Source: Octopus vulgaris (lineage: Eukaryota). From it: DNA of 64,000 nt. This document shows positions 59,501 through 64,000 of this stretch, in pieces (the stretch's first letter is position 1; each line of letters opens with the position of its first letter). The position numbers were made by a program, and so were the translations under genes. The notes below the pieces were generated by a model that was not told where the DNA came from, searched no databases, and saw nothing but the letters and a program-made list of their open reading frames with translations. The stretch is taken from the NCBI GenBank assembly GCA_951406725.2, contig OX597815.1, positions 7,192,001 to 7,256,000 on the forward strand, read 5' to 3'.

Positions 59501-59569
59501 TAGCCATCATTTTAACTGTCCCCACCAGTACGATATGACAACATTACAACGACCAATCTCCGATAGACA

Positions 59570-61055
59570 CCTTCACCACAAACCGCCGCCACCGACCCCC
59601 CACCCCCCACTATCGCCACCATTATCAACACCACCACCACCACCACCACCACCACCACCACCACCACCACCACCACCACCACCACTACCACCACTACCAC
59701 CACGGTCACTACCACTACTACCACCACTACCAGCACCAGCACCACCACTACCACCACCACCACCACCACCACCAGCACCACCACCACCACCGCCTCCAGT
59801 ATCAGGACTATAAATAACATCGCTACTATACATCGACCCCAGTGCGTAACTGGTACTTATTTAATCGACACCGAAAGGATGAAAGGCAAAGTCGACCTCG
59901 GCGAAATTTGAACTCACAACGTAACGCAGACGAAATACGGCTACGCATTTCGCCCGGCGTGCTAACGTTTCTGCCAGCTCGCCGCCTTAGTAATATCATT
60001 AACTGTAATATCATTACCGTATCACAGCTACACTCCAACAAACACAACCAGTAACGCCCTCCCACGACCACCACCAAAGTCATGATCACCGAACCTGATC
60101 ACCGCTATGCGAGTGGACAGGGTGCGGGATGAAAAGGTCTTGGTTTTGGGTAAAAGAAAAAAATACAGGGGGATCAGTTAAACTTGATATTATTCAACAT
60201 ATTTTCCCCTTCTCAGATTCACACAGTTATTGCAGAGGTCCTTCAGTTTTTCTAAGCTCTGCAAAAGAACTCGGAAGATTGGGCTTCGAGTTAGGCTTTT
60301 CGCGTCACCCTTAGAGCCAGGAAGTTTTCAGCACCCCGCCATAATCATTACTACCAACACCCAACATACGAAAATCACCACCACCACCACCATAACAACA
60401 ACAACAGCAACAACACTAATACCTATTTCTTTACCACTCACAAGAGGCTGAACACGGAGGGGACAAACAAGGACCGACAAGCGGATTAAGTCGATTATAT
60501 CGACCTCAGTGCGTAACTGGTACTTAATTTATCGACCCCGAAAGGATGAAAGGCAAAAGTCGACCTCGGCGGAATTTGAACTCAGAACGTAGCAGCAGAC
60601 AAAATACCTGTTTCTTTACTACCCACAAGGGGCTAAACACAGAGGGGACAAACAAGGACAGACAAACGGATTAAGTCGATTATATCGCCCCCAGTACGTA
60701 ACTGGTACTTATTTTATCGACTTCGAAAGGATGAAAGGCAAAGTCGACCTCGGCGGAATTTGAACTCACAATGTAACGGCAGACGAAATACCGCTAAGCA
60801 TTTCGCCCGGCGTGCTAACGATTCTGCCAGCTCGCCGCCTTCAACAACACTGATACCATGCTATAGCAACCATTATCGCCCGACTATTTATTATCATTAC
60901 TACTATTACCACTTCTATGACACCACCACAACGACCAACACCACCACAACGACTAACACTACCAACACCAACCTCACAAGAACTACTACTACTACCACAG
61001 TTATCACTCTACTACTACTACTACAACAACTACTGCTACTACTACTGCTACTATC

Positions 61056-61092
<37 letters not shown>

Positions 61093-61425
61093 ATACATGA
61101 CCATCAAACTACCAATACTGTCACCACTACAACCACCACCGCCTCCAGTATCAGGACTATAAATAACATCACTACGAATGATACCACTACCACAACCACC
61201 CAACATTAGATTCTACACCAACACCGGTAATACTAGCACCGCTGCTACTAACATACCACTGACACCAACAGCACTGCTTCTTGTACCACAGCCACCACAA
61301 CCATCACTTCTACCACCATCACTAATACCACCATTACTGCTACTACTTCTACTATTACTGCTACTACTACAACTATCACCTACACCACTAATATTACTAC
61401 TACCACCACCACCACCACCACCACC

Positions 61426-61471
<46 letters not shown>

Positions 61472-62300
61472 CTACCACCACTACTACTACTACTACTACT
61501 GCCCACCACCACTACTTCCACCACCACCATCACCACCACCATCACCACCACCACCACTATCACCACCACTACCACCACCACCTCCATCATCACCACCACC
61601 ACTATCACCACCACTACCACCACCACCTCCATCATCACCATCACCACCACCACCACCACTATCACCACCACCAACATCACCACCACCACCACCACTCCCA
61701 TCAAAGTCACCACCACCACCACCACTACCACCACCACCACCACCACCACTAACACCACCACCACCACCACCACCACCACCACCACCACCACTACCACCAC
61801 TACCACCACCACCAACACCACCACCATCACCATACCACCGCCACCACCACCACCCACCACCCATACCTCCTGATCAAACTGACAACGTATGTTTGTGTAA
61901 TGTTTTGACAGAGACTCAGGATGGCGGCCAAGATGGATTCGTTTGTGTCGGGCGGCGAAACATCAAAGGACTGATTAAATAGGATTAATAAGGGAGGAAT
62001 GGTGGGAGGAAAGACGAGGCTAAGGGGGTAAAGGATGTCTGGTACGTTGGAGTAGAATGGCGGCGTGGTGGCGGCGGTGGTGGTGGTGGTGGTGGCGGTG
62101 GTGGTGGCGGTGGTGAAGAATGTGATGATGGTGGTTGTGGGGGGATATGGAAAGTGGGAAGAGGAGGGTAAGTTGTGCATCAGCAATGTCTTTGTTCGCT
62201 TTGTCGTTCTTGTTATCAGCAACGCCATCGCTATCGCCATCGTCGCCATCATTGCAATCATCATCCCCGTCATCGTCATCGTCATCATCATGATCGTCGT
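59570..62300. repeat. (ACC/ACT/ATC)n low-complexity region; similar tracts at 40920-41185 and 47735-48270; (CA)n tracts at 40115-40460 and 45035-45413
   Basis: Directly visible. Confidence 0.9.
60424..60841 (-). mobile_element. SINE family B dimer
   Basis: Two bodies plus head. TSD CAACAACACT(A/G)ATACC at 60408-60423 and 60842-60857. Confidence 0.85.
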
Positions 62301-62496
62301 CGTCGTCGTAGACATCATCACAAAAAAAAATAGATTGTTTAAAGTTAATCTATCCTTCCATGTCATTCGCATTCACATTTAAAAAAAAAGACATAATCTC
62401 TCTTCCACCACCACCACCACCACCACCAACAACAACAACAGTAACACTAACAATAATAAGGCTACCAACACCACCGCTATCACTAACAAGAATACC

Positions 62497-63106
62497 TATT
62501 TCCTTACTATACTCAGAACGTAACAGCAGAAGAAATACCTATTTCTTTACTACCCACAAGGGCCTAAACACAGAGGGGACAAACGGATTAAGTCGATTAT
62601 ATCGACCCCAGTGCGTAACTGGTACTTAATTTATCGACTCCGAAAGGATGAAAGGCAAAGTCGACCTCGGCGGAATTTGAACTCAGAACGTAAAGACAGA
62701 CGAAATACCTATTTCTTTACTATCCACAAGGGGCCAAGCACAGAGAGGACAAACAAGGACAGACAAAAGGATTAAGTCAATTACATCGACCCCAGTGCGT
62801 AACTGGTACTTAATGTATCGACCTCGATAGGATGAAAGGCAAAGTCGACCTTGGCGGAATTTGAACTCAGAACGTAAAGACAGACGAAATACCTATTTCT
62901 TTACTACCCACAAGGGGCTAAACACAGAGGGGACAAACAAGAACAGACAAACAGATAAAGTGCGTAACTGGTACTTAATTTATCGACCCCGAAAGGATGA
63001 AAGGCAAAGTCAACTTTGGCGGAATTTGAACTCGGAACGTAACGGCAGACGAAATACCGCAAAGCATTTCGCCCGGCGCGCTAACAATTCTGCCAGCTCG
63101 CCGCCT
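62497..63106 (-). mobile_element. SINE family B multimer (3+ units, some internally deleted)
   Basis: Repeated GAAATACCTATTTCTTTACTA junctions. Flanking direct repeat ACAAGAATACCT. Confidence 0.8.
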
Positions 63107-63649
63107 TTCGTCACAAGAATACCTCCAGGCCAGTGGGAGAGCCTTTATGTGATCGCTCCATCTGCTAGAAATAGTAACTCATTTTCTCGGATCTATTCCA
63201 ACCTGGACTGCCATTTAGAAAAATGAACACATTTGATAATAAGTTACTTATGCTAAGTTAAAATAATAAAAAGAAAACGGGATGGTCACGGTTGGAATGC
63301 TTTTTAATCGTTAGATGGTAGATTTAATTTGTCATAACCTGATTTAACTCCCCCAGCTTCTGTCTTTAAAGAAACACATGAGGGAGGAAGATTTATTCCG
63401 CTGTGGCCCAGGTTCAAATCGAGACCAGGTCTTTGATTGTCCTTAGACGAGCATCTCCATCTGGTGTCTTTAGCCGAGCACACCAGGCTAAAAGAAAAGC
63501 TTAATCCGTCAAGGTTTTCTCTAATGCTACTGCCTGGCCCGTTGAAAACTGTTGACAGAGTGAGGAAATAAAACGCATGCTACATTGAAAGCGCGCACAT
63601 GTACACAGACAGGTAGGCGGGCAGACAGACAGACAGACAGACAGATAGG

Positions 63650-63758
<109 letters not shown>

Positions 63759-63839
63759 AAACACATACATACTGTATCGAGATGTAGAAATTACTTCAGT
63801 GTTAATGTATAAAATACCGTGTTATGTACTGTGATACTG

Positions 63840-63920
<81 letters not shown>

Positions 63921-64000
63921 CACACATATATATTTAAACATATCAAAGGGAAATGGAAAATTAAGATTTTCATCTCCAGTGGCCTAATATATATATATGT

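Noticed and set aside
59784-61175. Roughly 40-bp duplicated anchor GCCTCCAGTATCAGGACTATAAATAACATC
   Set aside because: Probably an old local duplication within low-complexity DNA; the TATAAA match alone does not support a promoter.

Overview
AT-rich, microsatellite-dense animal DNA. The SINE, LINE and simple-repeat content suggests a coleoid cephalopod such as Octopus; this is an inference. The only convincing host genes are three tandem, minus-strand paralogs of the FAR-17a/AIG1 (AIG1/ADTRP) membrane hydrolase family, each with an intron-free 215-codon ORF (21113-21760, 24629-25276, 33763-34410). They share an upstream module: a perfect CRE 63-64 bp from a YY1-type motif. One copy has Ser instead of the catalytic Thr. 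The rest is mobile and repetitive DNA. LINEs include a 5'-truncated CR1-type element with an open 525-aa RT frame and remnants of CR1, RTE and RLE (R4/NeSL-type) elements. There are several tRNA-derived SINE families: one forms head-to-tail 184-bp multimers and sits at GGTAT target sites, and another shares its 3' stem-loop with the CR1 LINE. DNA elements include non-autonomous Helitrons, a TIR MITE carrying telomere-like repeats and Tc1/mariner relics. There are also several Penelope-type type I hammerhead ribozyme motifs and a 5.7-kb (TTA)n array with an embedded 100-bp unit. Most long ORFs in the ORF track are microsatellite artefacts. All family assignments come from motif recognition by eye, not database searches.
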